A stretch of 64,000 bases of DNA from assembly GCA_036172245.1 (NCBI GenBank), contig JAYWIR010000017.1:3038001-3102000 (forward strand). The letters are read 5' to 3'. A program made the position numbers and the translations under genes. Shown in pieces: positions 11,400-24,444 of this stretch (position 1 is the stretch's first letter; every line of letters begins with the position of its first letter). The notes under the pieces are model-generated. The model did not search any database, was not told the DNA's origin, and saw only the letters and a list, made by a program, of their open reading frames with translations. The DNA is from Raillietiella orientalis. Lineage: Eukaryota.

Positions 11400-13950
11400 C
11401 CCGTACACGTGGAGCGTGCCAGACGTATAGTCAGGATTTCCAAGCATCGAGCAGGGATGCGAAGAACTGGGATGCTATGTAAAGTTTGGTCAAGTGTTCC
11501 ACATTCGTCCCTGAGGCTCCCTTCTACAAACACCTCGAGATCGAGTCATACCGTCCCAACTCAGCATCGACGGCGATCACGGAAAGGTCCCTTGGGCGGT
11601 GTCCATCCTGAACACAGCTGCTGTCCTGGAAAGTGGCAGAGAATGTCTAACGAAGAGACGCGAAATAGAAACCTGAAGGGGTCTCCCGAAACAGGTCCCT
11701 ACGGGCGGAGCTATTTCGGGATTCGGAGTGCCCTGCAATGGAGATCCAAACCTGCTGCAGCCTGGTGCATTCCCGGCACATGTGCGAAAGGGTTTACCGC
11801 CGCTCCCTGGTGGGTGGATCTCCTGGGGATCCTCTGCAATGAATTCGCGGAGGCTTCTCGTCTCTAGAGAGACTCTCCAGCCCACCGGCAAAATGACAGT
11901 GCACTGGCAGTGCAGAGGGAAAACGCAAGTAGCAGCCCTGAGAAACCCCCCGATTCCGGAGTGTTTTTTGGGGGAACTTCAAGAAAATCTTTCCATCGTT
12001 GAGGATTCCGAGAAGAGCTTTTGAGCACAGCCTGGTGGACCAACTTTGCCGCTCATGCAGGACGCCGCGAAGTGGTCGGCCCTGACCGCCACACTCTTCG
12101 CTGCAGGGCTGTCTGCCCTCGGGGCGAGATACGGCGGTACCCTACCGGCGAGATGGGAGTTTTCCTGCACCATCGCGGGAACAACTAGACTCGTTAGTGT
12201 CTGGAAGGAGCGCGAGTTGGCGGATACAGCCACTCCACCTACAACTGCGACGGGACTCCTTCGGAGGAGCAAAATTTTGAGTGTTGCCCTCGAGGAACTT
12301 GTGGTCCCTTCCCAATGTCTAGACACTTCTGTGTTCCTTCTCTCCTGAAAACAGGGGGTGATGCTCCTCCTCCACTGGGGATTCCAGTGCAGCGAGTGTC
12401 CGAACCATGTTCCCGGAGGGGTTGCATCCGCAAGCTGCTGCTTCAGGAACAGTTCGGTGGAGTCGACCCTGCATCTGATTTTCGGTTGCTGTGCCCTCCA
12501 ATAACTGGTGTAGGCTGGCAGCAGCGCTTTTGCACCATGAGAACACCGCCCCAGATGTGCTGCGATGGTTCTTCGCTCCGGGAGGACTCTTGACTGGCGT
12601 AAGCATGAGTTGCTCCAGCGCCATTGTCACGACCCGCCATGTGCTGAAGACGAACACGCAGAGAAAAGAGGTCATCGGGATGGCAGCCTCCTATAGGAGG
12701 GCGGCTGCTAGGTGGCCTCACCTGGAAGAAGAGACGAAGGAGGAGATCGGAGACATTCAGCGCCCTTTTTGAAATGAAGGAACGGCCAAAACCAGTGACC
12801 CTTGTCTGTTTACTGTTTCTCTCGTTTCCCATCTCCATTCGCTCCGTAACTTCTCCGCTGTTTTTCTCTGTTTTGATCCTGCTGCACACGGAGCGAACCC
12901 AAAGATCCCCAAAGATCCCTCCACCATCCTACCGGATTTATTTTTTTGTTATTCCCGTTTCCCCTCCTCTGTTCCGGACTTTTCTTTATTCTGATCTGCA
13001 TGTCGGTGGACCCTCCTCTTAAGCTCCTTCTGCCGTGGGTTGAGAAACAGTGTGTTCTCAGCTGGTTTATTTATTTTTTATAAAAGAAATGCGACCCGGC
13101 GTGACCTGGTGAAAAACTGTGCTGCTCACCCTGACTGTACGAAGATGAGTTTGGTGACCCAGCAGATCGGACAGATCGCCTCCCAGTGAAATTACCGTTT
13201 CCTCATAGAGTCTGTGGTGAACATGGGAACTGAATGAAAAAGTTGCCTTTGTGCGCTGCGAGTGGAGAGTGGGGAAGGGGGGCAGTGAGGCACAGCAGGA
13301 GACGAGTAAGCTGAAAGGGAGTAGGAAATTGGAAACTGCAGCAGGAGTGATAAGGATGCAACAGAGAAGAAACCACTTCACCAGCGCGTATCTGCAAGTT
13401 GCTTTCACGAGTGGCTTGAGCGGCTTGCAAGATCGCAGCACCGACAGAGGCTGCATTCCAAATCTCTAAAATAAGGGAGAATTTCTTTCATCATTTCCTT
13501 TATGTTTGAAAACACTTTGTTTGCTACCGGCAAGAGGAACTCAACCCTGCGCCAATCTAGACAGGGGTCAGCTTTGGCAGAAAACCTCGTTAATCTTTTG
13601 ACCCATCCTCCTTCCAACGCTTTCGGATATCCCACAAAAGCGAAGCGAACCCCTCCAGTTTTCCTCAGTGATGATCCATTAGCAGCATCTTCGCAACGAA
13701 TTCTCGGAACCCTTTTAAGAACTTTTGCACCACAGTGGAAGAAGAATATCGCAGCGCTTGAGCAAAACAAACAAGAAAGAAAGGTGCTGCTGCACAGCGC
13801 CGTGTGATCGAATGCTGTCCTGATCTGATGCCACTGCGCAGCTGACCATCGTTTCCAGGATTCCCCCCAGCACACTGCCCAGATGCTGCGGCGGAAGTTC
13901 TCTTTAGGAGAACTCACCCGCTGCCAGTCGCCATCATCTTTAGGTGGCCG
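11400..13950 (-). pseudogene. Decayed PPR relic split by LINE L1 (coding pieces ~13130-13950 and ~11400-12070)
   Basis: EFVAKMLLMDHH*GKLEG, VANKVFSNIKE and VVSSLLHPYHSCCSFQ upstream of the LINE; GKVGPPGCAQKLFSE, GCSRFGSPLQG and AAVFRMDTAQGTFP downstream. Confidence 0.52.
12090..13117 (+). mobile_element. 5'-truncated L1/Tx1-type LINE fragment (L1, subfamily B)
   Basis: Decayed ORF2 C-terminus: WEFSC...TPPTTATGLLRRSKIL...RWFFAPGGL...AARWPHLEEETKEEIGDIQRPF*. Terminal hairpin CCCGGCGTGACCTGGTGAAAAAC. Confidence 0.75.
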
Positions 13951-14122
13951 GTCCCTCACGCGAGAACCGTACACGGTCGGCTGCCGCAGGAGAGCGGCTC
14001 GTGCACCCGACCGCAGGGACGCATTCCTTTCTCTCCCAGATGAGAGACGCTCATCTGCGGTCCTCAATGCCCCCGGCACAATCCAAGCGTAGAGCGAACG
14101 TCTCTCTCTCCTTTCCCGGGAA

Positions 14123-14168
14123 AGACAGGGAGGGGGAAGGGGCACTTGCCCCTTCCCCCTCCCTGTCT
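14123..14168. repeat. Perfect 22-bp inverted repeat (hairpin)
   Basis: AGACAGGGAGGGGGAAGGGGCA-CT-TGCCCCTTCCCCCTCCCTGTCT. It overlaps a second palindrome, CTTTCCCGGGAAAG (14111-14124). Confidence 0.9.
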
Positions 14169-14169
14169 G

Positions 14170-16670
14170 CGGAGACCCTCAAGTTCGACGGGCGGCGCGC
14201 CGTGCTCCGGGAGTGCTCCGGCCTCCTCGAAGAGGAGACGACGAGAAACCTCGGTAGATGAACGCAAATGAGAACTCCAGGGCACCGGCCAAGCTGACAG
14301 CCCGTGTCGAGGTGCAATCGGGAGTCAAGAGTGCGAAATGCTCAGAAGGATGCTATGGAGTAGCACCCAGAACTAGCTCCTATCGGAGCAGCTCTTGCGC
14401 CAGCGCGAGCGCTCTCAATGGGATCCTTGGAAGCCCGAAGGAGCTGAAGATCACTCGAGGCCAAGTGGAGCACCTCGTGAAGGAGACGCGCTGTATCTTT
14501 AGGGGCCCACCTGGCAGCCCCTAAAGATCCCCGTTCAAAGATGGAGATGGAGAAGAATACCGTTTGCGCCCATCACCCTCTTCGCTTGCCCCTCCCTCCC
14601 TTCGACTCTTCCTGCTATTACTGATACCGACCCGTTCGACATTTCCGGGACACGTCCCGGGAATGCTGCCAGTGAGAGAGCGTCCGTTCCCTTCCGATTC
14701 GATCTTCCTGCCTCTTCGGGATCGGCGACCCCTCAGCGCCACATCCCGGAGCTCTCACGATAACGCGGGGGCTCTTGAGGTTGTAGTCACCACTCTGGAG
14801 CCGTGCCATATTAGGCTCCACCTCCGGCTCTGCTTTCACTTCGTCCCGGGACAGCAATGCTGCGTCAGCTCGGAGTCCGTCCTTGCGATCAGCTTCCGGC
14901 GTTTCCAAATAACCCCTCTTGGCTTGGGTCACCGGCTTGTCGTGCCTGCCCGCGCTTGAGGCTCTCTGCTGGCACATCTGTCGAGGAGGTGACCCGGCGG
15001 TTCCCCTCCCCATCTGGCGGCGACGGGCACCGTCTCTGGGGGGCGTTGCCCTCAGGGCGGAAGGCTGAATCCCCTTGCGAGAAGAAAGGCGTAGTCGGCG
15101 AACTGAAGTCGTTGACCAGGGATGAATGGGAAGCGAAGGGTAGCCCGAGACCGCCCAGTGCACGGTGTGATCTTCCCTCATTCCGGTGTCTCGAAATGAG
15201 GGGAGTCCATGCGGTTGAATTTGGGCTGGTGGCGATTGCCCTTCTCGCTCGCGCATGACTTGCTAGGTCCCCAGGGGTTTTGCGGTTTCCTGGACCACGG
15301 CAGCGACTGAAACCGTTTTCTTCTCTCCTCCCTGCACACCGCATGTGTGATGGGAACACAGACCAATCTAGCGGCATCATCTCTTCTGCTTTGCGTTTCA
15401 GATTCGCCATGCTATCCTGGACTCCTTCCTCCCGAGCGTCCCTCTCGCCTGAATTCCTCCGGCTGCTCGCTTCTTCCGGATTTCTGTGGCTCCGAGTCCG
15501 CTGATGCGTTCTGGACTGCCGGACATGGAGGTGCCAGCAGCTAGAAGCAGGGAGGTTATCGGCCTAGTGGAGTGGGTTGGGTAGTGCCGGTTTTGAAATC
15601 CCTCCCCTTGCCCCCCATAAATTGTACACAACCAAAATATCAATGCAAATCTGAGTCCCTCCAGAAGTGGCAATCAAGCAAGAGGCTGATTTTCAGTTTG
15701 TGTCCCCATTCTCTTCACGGTGAAGATCCAACCTTCTCGAGCACAAAGATTTTCATGCGGATGCGATGGGAACCCTGTACTTAGAAGCGAAGAGCAGAGG
15801 CGCAGGGGGAAAGAAGATGGGAAACCGGTATGCAGATGAAATATGAGAAAGCACGAAACTGCCAAGTGCAGCCTAACACGCTGATGCATGTGTCTCGGCT
15901 CCTGATGCAGCATGTAGGAAGCCTCTACAAGAGCTGTTGCCACCAGACCGAAGGCAGCAGAACGGAGAGAGCTCACACAACTGCGCTTCAGGACGTTATA
16001 GACGGTGTGCTGGCATCCCTCAGCTGGAGGAGGAAAAGATGCTTACCATGGCCAAAGGCCGTTCCAAAGACGCGGAAGACAGTCCCCTAACCTTCCAAAT
16101 ATCGAAATGTGGGATGGAAAGCTCGTGTTTTGCCGAATGCCGTCGGCACGAAACGAGAGAGATTGCTCTTGAGAAAGACGTTCTAAGCATCCCCCATGAA
16201 CTTGCGCGTGCGCACGAGGCTGCGTCGCTCCTTGCGAAAAGGAAGAGAAACTCGACAAGTGGCTCCCGGAGCATTCGAGTTGGGCAAATGTTCATCGTTA
16301 CCCACCGCGTTTCGGTGATACCAAACGTTGCAATTCTGAAGAACTCGTTGAAAAACAGGGGTTGGTTGAGACGAAGTTTTTATGAGAAGTCGCTTTGAAA
16401 GTTCTTTGCTCTACGTTCCGCACTCGGCAGGTAGCAGCAGCGGGGAGGGAAAAAATCCGGAAATCGCGTCACAGGAACTTGGAGTTGTCTCAAGAAACAC
16501 AGAGTTCCAGTCTTGATGCTCAGACAGCTCAGGAAGCAAGCAAACAAGACGAAAACGGAGGATGGATCACGGACACTGAACCCACAAACTTTAAAATTTC
16601 ACCGCAGCAGCAGCAACGAAATTCATTCAGTCGCAGAATGAGGTGTGGGAGAATTCACTGGTCCAAGTGA
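14170..16670 (+). pseudogene. Decayed PLS PPR relic with E/E+/DYW-like tail
   Basis: GVAPRTSSY..SCASASAL, VKETRCIF, VQPNTLMHVS; E-like AKGRSKDAED..VGWKA/FAECRRH; E+-like SGSRSIRVGQMFIVTHR; DYW-like RNLEL..DAQTA..ASK...RCGRIHW. Confidence 0.6.
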
Positions 16671-16674
16671 TTTC

Positions 16675-17850
16675 TCACACAGCTCTTCCGTAGTATCCCA
16701 GACTGTGAGGTATGGTCACCTCCTGTAGTACCGCTTGTTTCCCTACATCACAGAAGTAATCATTTGCTATTGCATGAAAGGATGCGACGAAGACTGAGTT
16801 CCGAAAAGAATAGTGACTGGAGGGAATTTCTCCAGCAGCGACAGGCTTCCAGCGAGCCGATGGTCCAGCACTTTTCCTTCGGTGGTGCTGCTGCTTTTCC
16901 TCTGGAACCACTTCATGATGCAGTGCTCTGTAGGTCCAGAATTCTACCTATGCTCACAGCTGGAACCCAAGAGGCCAGAGAAGCACCACAAGCGCACTTT
17001 GCTTTCGTTCCTGCCTTTCGGATTCCCGATCCTGGAGTTTGCAAGGACGGATTTTCTGAAGCATCGGTTCCGCAATGCGGCATCGATTTTGGAACCAGCG
17101 ATTCGAAAAGTCAGAGGGATGCCCCTCTGATCTGCTAGTTCCAAACCATGCTCGAGAACCTCTGGAAATCAAACTTGCAGCTTGAATTTCCAGGGAGGTT
17201 CTCATCTGTCTTGAGCAGATCGCATCTGCCTCTGAGTTGCTCGTGGACATCCCGGTTCTGAGCAGTCGCGATGTCTCTTGCATGACCGGTGCACTTGCGA
17301 TTCTATCCGAGTAGAATTCTCTGGAAAATGCCAAGTGCTCTCCGAAAAAACTGAACAATCTTTCCCCGACGCTTTGCAGTGCGGCATCTCAAACAGGAAT
17401 CTGTTTGAATAATCCTGTTTTCTCCTGTTTCATCCCACCCGGTCCCTTGAAGCTAGGAAATGCCATCTATAAATCAGTAAAATGCATTGCAGGATCGATT
17501 TTTCTTTCTCTCTCTCTACCAGAACGGACAAAATTTAGATTTTCCAGCTACTGGTGTGGAGGGCTAGGATTAACTTCGGCTGAATGCGGTCCAGCCTCTG
17601 AGAATTCCTGATACCTCCCTGTGGATGCGAGAAGTGGAAACGGGAAGATCCGTGGGTAAGCGGTGCTTTGCTTTGCAGCTCTTGGTCGGCTGTAGGATGC
17701 GAAAGACGCGGATCCCACTGAACGAACGTCGGCGATCCAGCACTATGGTCAGTTTCCACAGGGAGCAGGCGTTGCCTTCAAAAACCGAGAGGTAAGAAGC
17801 TCTGGAACACCCCCACAAGGCAACAGCAGAATTGATGTACGGCAAAATAC
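16675..17850 (-). pseudogene. Decayed PPR relic
   Basis: VALWGCSRASYL, IRVFRILQP and FHAIANDY resemble PPR L/S motif consensus. Confidence 0.42.
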
Positions 17851-19501
17851 ACTAGTGCTGACCTTCGGAAGCAACTCCTTCGCTCCCCTTTAAGATAAAG
17901 CCAGCCCCCTAAAGCTCCTTTTATTTTTGTTTGCAGTATCTACCATATTATTAATTTCATTTATTCTCATGAGAATGGCAAAAATCTCCTTGGAGCCGCC
18001 TCCTTGGCCACTGCCACCAGCAGGAACATTTCGACCTACATCCTCTCTGCAGGATTCTGCTAATGGTGGGAAATTCCATGCTAAAAACAAAAAAAAAGCG
18101 AAAGGAAAATTTTTGGATCTGCTGGGATGGATGCAGAAAAAAAAGCGTCAGAAAATTGAGGAGAGATGAACGTGAATTTCTTAATTCACGCGAAGTGACC
18201 TCTCATCGACTGGTGGAGTTCGGATGACACGTTGCTGGACGAAGAGAAACGTAGAAAACAGCAAACGACCTCCGCTACCGTGACCCCTCAGTCGCCCTCT
18301 GGGATCTGGAAGCCGTAAAGACGACAGACACCTCAAGTCTTCAGCTCGCTATCATGATATTATCCGATTTCAAGAGTTGCAAGGGACAGTTATGGTAGTT
18401 TCCGCAAAGACCTCTGCAGTTGTCATCAAGGAGGTTCTGGACCAGGCTTGGTCTACCATACTACCGATGTTGAGAAAGCTGGGGAACCGGGAGTCCATGA
18501 AATCCGCCATACGAATGTTGCTTTTCTTGTAGCCCTCTCAAGCCGGTTTCCCGTTCCGATTCCAGGGCTGAAGAGGCGAGTTCTGCTGGAAGGGTCTTTT
18601 AAACGGAGACTTCCGGACTGCGAAGCGGACGTCCTGTGGCCCCCCTGTGTCGGCAGCTCTCTGAAAAAGAACACGAAACGCATGCACGCGGCGGATTGGG
18701 GAAAAAGAAAAATCCTAACAAAGTGATTCCCCAAGGAGCCTAAATCACTTCATTAGGGAAAAAGTCTGATATAGAGTGAAAGCGCGGGCAAATTAAATGT
18801 ACGCAATTTTAAATCCTTTTCCTCATAATGATAACTTGGTAGTAGGAGTTGGAAAAGGAGTAATCCTTGGTAACAAAATCGATGGCCATTTATTGTTGAA
18901 AGCCAATTTCTGGCCTCTGTAACTTAGTTATGATTTCTCCGAGATGATATCGGCCGTTGAAGTTCATTTACGACGAATCAGAAGACTTCGGTCTTGTTTT
19001 CCATCTGGTCTTGGTACTTGAATTTTCCATCTGGCTGAGGTCTGGAGCGAGCACCAGAGTTGTCGCCACCCAAGCAGCAGCAAGCACTATTCGCACATCA
19101 AATAAAGTTTAACACGTCTTTTGGGCAGCGCACCTTTTTCTTTCCATTCAAGTCGATCCTTACAAAACTCGGCTGCTGAACAAAATTAGCGGTCCTTGTG
19201 ATGATGCTGAAACGTTGAGATATGGGAATTAAAAGGAACTGAAAGCATGTGAGGATTGATCAGACAGCAGAAAACCATCCTGAATTGCTGGTTAATGATT
19301 GAATTTCCCATTCAGATTCTGTGACATTTGCTCAATATTTAGCTGCTTCAATTCTGAAGTTTTCATTCCTTGTTTTTTTTTTTTTTCACATCCACAGAGT
19401 TTTAATCGGAGAATCAATTTCAGGATGGAATGGAGCATCCTAGAGAAGCGAATTGAATCAGCATTACACCCAAGGAATGCGACCTCACCAAAAATTTATG
19501 A

Positions 19502-19674
19502 CTTCTTTGCAGTTCTCCGGGTTTTCCGATCTGTGTTCCTTCGTTTTGCAAAGCTCGAACTGTCTATTGCGGCAAAGCACGGAGAAGATCTTGGAGAGGA
19601 GCGACAACACGTAGAAACAAAGAAACGATGGTCCCTCTTGTCTGCACCTTGCGTTGGGCACTTGTGAGAGACTT
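19502..19674 (+). repeat. ~173 bp direct repeat, copy 1 (copy 2 at 24061-24233)
   Basis: I count 9 substitutions between the copies. Weaker similarity continues to ~19760 / ~24326. Confidence 0.92.
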
Positions 19675-19760
19675 CTTGGTACATGAAGTGATACCACTAC
19701 GATGGCTGTCCTTGATCCCTGACGCATAAACGAGAGCCGACCCAGTCAGTACCTGGTTTG

Positions 19761-20495
19761 GTTTATCACTCGCTCACGCCAGATGTTTATTGCAAAATAA
19801 AATAAACACACATGTGTAAAGCCATCGGCCCCACATTGGCCGGAAGTGTTCGGCACCTGCCAAGTAACCGGTGCGCAGACCGGCGAGGTTCGCCTCGGCA
19901 GCAAAGGGGCAAATAAAAATAAAATAAAAGTCAATAAAAAAGGAAAACTCTGAGGAGCACGGGAAGGATCCCCGTCCGCTGGAAGGAGTCCTCTGCATCC
20001 TTTCCAGGATGCCTGCTAGTTCCATCCGAGTATGCCCCAGGCGGGGCCATCTAGCTACCTTCCACAGGAGGCGCAGGGCGAAGCAGATGGCGTCCCTATC
20101 GCGCCGTCCTCCGCTCGCGTGGCTCCGAGACGCCGCAATCCCGCGTGGGCAGCAGCAAAGAGCTGCCAGGGATGGAACAGACGAAAGGGCATCGCGCTCG
20201 AAGAGGCGCTCCATCACGTCCCTGGGATTGTCCGTAGGTGCACCAAGGGCCTTTGCGTAAGGCAACCACAGGGGCCGGAGGACAACACAGTCTACAAGCA
20301 GGTGCGGGGCTGGGATTACCGTTCCCCGCACCTGCAGCAGTTGGAGTCCACTGCCCCCCGGGTCCAGAGAGATCGGCAGGCGTTGCACGGGAAGTCCGAG
20401 TGCAACAGCAGAAGTGCCGACCCCTGCCAATTCAGGGGGAGGGCCCGATTGTTCTTCCGCGCTAGGAACTATTCGAGGACTTCCGGGACTCCCAG
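19761..20495 (-). mobile_element. 5'-truncated LINE fragment (L2, subfamily A)
   Basis: ORF 19774..20430: PHLLVDCVVLRPLW...ARWPRLGHTRMELAGILERMQRT. Ends AATAAACATCTGGCGTGAGCGAGTGATAAAC. Closely similar to 62317-63060. Confidence 0.85.
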
Positions 20496-20619
20496 TAGCT
20501 CATATTTGGTTTGGTGTTTCCATCCCTGGATCCTTGCTTAGTTGAAACCAGCTTGCATAAATCTCAATAAATATTACAGCAACAGTGAAGGATTTCTCAA
20601 AAGTGGATCGTGCAGCGGG

Positions 20620-21220
20620 CTTCTGTTGAGCTTAACCACCCTTTCTTCTCTGACATCCAGTACATGCATATATAGATATACTTCACATACAAATATGTAT
20701 ATAGATAGATAGAGATATAACACCATATACAAATTTATATGTATATGTATATATATGTGTGTATGTGTGTGTGTGGAAAATACAGAAACGCACAGATATG
20801 CGCATACACTCGCGTTATCTGCAATCGGTACGAAATCGTACATCCCCCAACTACCGGCTTTGCTATTTCAAAACTAGAGTTTTTTGCCATGTTTTCGCAG
20901 CGGCGACATCCGTAAATAAATTGTGCTGTCACAGAAATTGGGACGTTTGCATGATCAGTAAGGATGTGGATTATTTCCTTGTACCAGGGACTGTTTCAGC
21001 AAATAAGATGATTTTTGAAAATCTATGGAACTGCAGGCAGAATCTAACCTTCCTTTCAGCTTAGCCATCTTCTCTTCCATGGCATTCAACACAAGCGTAT
21101 ACAGATAGATATACTCCATATACAATCGAATGTGTATACATATATATATATATGAAAAATACAGAAACACAGAGACGGGTGTGCACAGATAGGCGTGCAT
21201 GCATGCATGTACTCCCGTGA
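20620..21220. repeat. Degenerate tandem duplication containing TA/TG microsatellites (~20620-20815 and ~21050-21220)
   Basis: Both units show AGCTTA(A/G)CCA, then CCATATACAA, then (TA)n, then GAAAA(A)TACAGAAAC and GCACAGATA. Confidence 0.75.
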
Positions 21221-21899
21221 AAGCTCACACACGCATGTAAATAGGGGTGTGTGAGTGTGCCTGCGTTCGTGGTTGCGGGAAAGCACGTCACCAACAAAAT
21301 AAAATATTCCATCCGGGTCACATTCCTTTTCACCGCCTTATTGTCTCCAGAAAAAAATCCAGCATCAAAGCTTCTCCAATCACCGAATGATGAAAGCGGC
21401 GGAAGTGACGGACTTTTTCTAGCAGTGCCGCGTAGCGACGCTGGAGCATGGCTGAGAGCAAGCTGGAAACTTTCTGATCCTCCCACTGCTCTGATAAAAA
21501 CACATATAAATCAAACAAGAGGAATCCTTTGCAAATTCCACGAGCTTCCTTATTAAACGTTCCTCAGTACTCGCCTGCAGGGTAGTGAGTTTCCTCTGAC
21601 GTTGACTAATTTTGGTTGAACCTGCACTCCGTTCCTGGGGGATCCGGAGCGAATTCTGGGAGGAGAAGCACGCCGGATCGTGATGATGCGTTCAGTCAAC
21701 TTTCCGTTATAATTCGAGAACACTTGGATTTGCTTAGAAGGGAGATCTAAAGTGAAACTTTTCGGGATCCGTTTGTGTGTTTCCGGGAAAAATGCTGCTC
21801 GCGGAAAAAAACAATATTTGACACACGACCATGCAGATCGGTTTGACTTGGAGGCGCTTCAAAAGCTTGTAATATGTCTCGGATAAGTTCTGTGAAACA

Positions 21900-22860
21900 G
21901 TCATCCCTGTTTCATTAGATGGGCAATTTATGGGTTCAGCGGAGCAGCACTTCCCATTCGAAGATCATATCTCGGAATGAATGACTCACCATGCAAATTG
22001 TCCAGGAAGTTTCCTGACAGCTACCTTCGAAATCTGCATGGTTGATGGTTCGGCGTTTCTCACTATCCACATGGCACAGGTTGGTGACGGGCAGTGGGCG
22101 CTGAGAGCTGCTCTCGAGTCTTGGATGCCCGGCATTCCGTGGTGTGGATAAACCACTCACTCTTCTAATTCGGCAGACCTTTCGCAGTTACTATTCTGTT
22201 CTTTTGGAGGCGCTCCTCGCCCCATCTTCATGGTGCTTCTTCTGCTTCCTCGCTTTCGTACGGTGGGAGAAGATTGTCTGGATTCTCCGGCCGGCCGTCG
22301 GTTTCCCTTGCGTACCGGATACATCCGTTGACTCAGTGCTACTAGCTTCTTTTGGGGTATTCCTATACCTTGTAATGCTTCTTCATTACCAGGATCCCAT
22401 GCTCCCAGAGAGCCAACGATAAACTCATGTATTCTGCTTTGCTTTCCACTTTTTACCAATTATATTACCGCGTCCTTCCTTGTTCTTCCTGGCCGTGCTA
22501 AGAGCCTCTTTTCCATTCGGCAGACGATACAGCTTTTCCTTTCTCCCGAATAGCAGCGAGGACGCAGGGACGATGGCTTGGACCTCCTGACGATGAAGCG
22601 CATGGAGAGGCAGCTCCAATTCAGAAGACTCGCCCTTGCGGCGAAGTTCTTGGATGACGCCTTGGCGCGAACCCGCACGGCTCCTCTCCAGCACAGCGAC
22701 CGGTTGCGAAGGATTGTCCTCGATCCTAGTGGCATACCAGCGCAGCCTCAGCAACTGTGGCTGTGACTTGCTCCAGATGGTCGCCCTGATGACGGGGAAT
22801 ACCTGGATCTCCTGCCTCCCGCGAACTGCACTGCCTGGCTTCAGGAGTCAGTTTCTGCGT
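21900..22860 (-). pseudogene. Decayed PPR relic
   Basis: SLLNWSCLSMRF, LHRQEVQAIVPASSLLF, GKQSRIHEFIVGSLGAWD..NEEAL and FEGSCQETSWT. Confidence 0.5.
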
Positions 22861-22889
22861 GGGCCAGGATCAACGGCACGAGCGAGGTG

Positions 22890-23953
22890 AGGCGGAGTAC
22901 AACTGTCTCCGTCGAGGACCCAACGCTCTACAGCCCCTGCAGGAGATAATCAACAACCCGCGGAAGTTTCTGTGGGCTTCTTTGACCCCCCTTGCCCCCA
23001 TGCTGTCCTCCCTCAAGAACATTAGGAACAGCAACGAGCGAGCATTGTGGGAAGTGTCCTGCCTCATCCGAGGCAGGAGAAAACCATAGAAGGCGTAGAC
23101 GACTCGTGAGCTAGCAGACGCTGCGACCCCGAGCGTCCCGTCTAAAGGACTTGTGAGCTGAGACGAGCTGCTCGGCATACCTTCGGAGGAGGTGAAGTGG
23201 CCCCAGCGTGCTGGGATGGTCACACCCTGTCCCTGGAATGGCAGGAGACGGCTCTGCTAGTGTTCCATTTGGGACTCCTTTGCAAAGCACTCCTCTTTCT
23301 TTGGACATCATGGACTGTGGACGCCAATTGTTCAGGGTGCGGGGAACAAGAGACCTTCCCCTACCTCATCATCGAGTGTGCTGCCCTCCGACCCATGTGG
23401 GATCGACTGTCGGCGATCTTGAACATTCCCGTGGGTGACCCGAAGGACATTTTCCGTCGCCTCCTGATGCAGGACGTCCTGACAGCAGCCGCGTCTGTGG
23501 CAGTTCTCTGATGCATAAGTGGGATCCTGGCGAAATGGACTGCGTCCAGGAGAGGACATAACAGCCGGAACGCCATCCACTGGGCGGCTCCCAGCATTGA
23601 GAAACCTTCCCGATGGTCCCGGCTAAGACCACTACGTCCGCAACTTGTCCGCATCCTGAACAAGATGCAGAGAACCACTCGGAGCGAACAGTGATCCCTT
23701 CCCAGCCGTCCCTTCCCCAAAAACATTTCCCTCCCCTTGGTTTTTATTTAATTTTTCTGTTTTTGTTTGTGGTTTTCCCTTCCCCATCGCATCCAGACAG
23801 GATCTCTGCGGCCTGAGAACTGGCAGCGGGCAAGTGTGTCAAGATAGGCAGAACCACGTGTTCTGCCTAAACCTATTTACCAGACTTTATTATGAAATTT
23901 CTATTATGTAAAAATTTCAATAATAAATGCCCCGGCATATCCGGGCAATAAAT
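22890..23953 (+). mobile_element. 5'-truncated LINE fragment (L3)
   Basis: zf-RVT-like WQETALLVFH...NCSGCGEQETFPYLIIECAALRPMWDRL, then RWSRL...ILNKMQRT*. Ends AATAAATGCCCCGGCATATCCGGGCAATAAAT. Confidence 0.85.
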
Positions 23954-24060
23954 AGCAGCGATGACGTAAGGGGTTCAAGACAAGCTGTCATGATTGCTTC
24001 ACAAAACAAATTAATGTTTGGGGAGTCGACCAGGGTTAGCGCAGACGCATCCGCAAACGG

Positions 24061-24233
24061 CTTCTTTGCCGTTCTCCGAGTTTTCCGATCTGTGTTCATT
24101 CTTTTTGCAAAGCTCGAACTGTCAGTTGCAGCAAAGCACGGAAAAGACCTTGGAGAGGAGCGACAACACGTAGAAACAAAGAAACGATGGTCCCTCTTGT
24201 CTGCACCTTGCGTTGGGCACTTGTGAGAGACTT
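24061..24233 (+). repeat. ~173 bp direct repeat, copy 2
   Basis: CTTCTTTGC...TTGTGAGAGACTT shared with 19502-19674. Confidence 0.92.
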
Positions 24234-24444
24234 GTGAGGAGTCATTAGAGCGGTGTTACCTCATATATTGATCCTAGGTCACGGTCGCGTAAATGAGAGC
24301 TAACTTAACTGACTGTACCTGGGTTGAACCCACAAGCTACATCCACAAAGTAAATTTAGATAGAAAAAAAGTCTACGTTCGAATTGTACCTGCAGATGTA
24401 ATCTTCACGGTACAAAAATACGAAGACGTAAAGGCTGGATTCTG

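Noticed and set aside
13250..13950. Plus-strand E/DYW tail (EQNKQERKVLLHS)
   Set aside because: The minus-strand PPR matches over the same bases are stronger, so this is treated as chance similarity.
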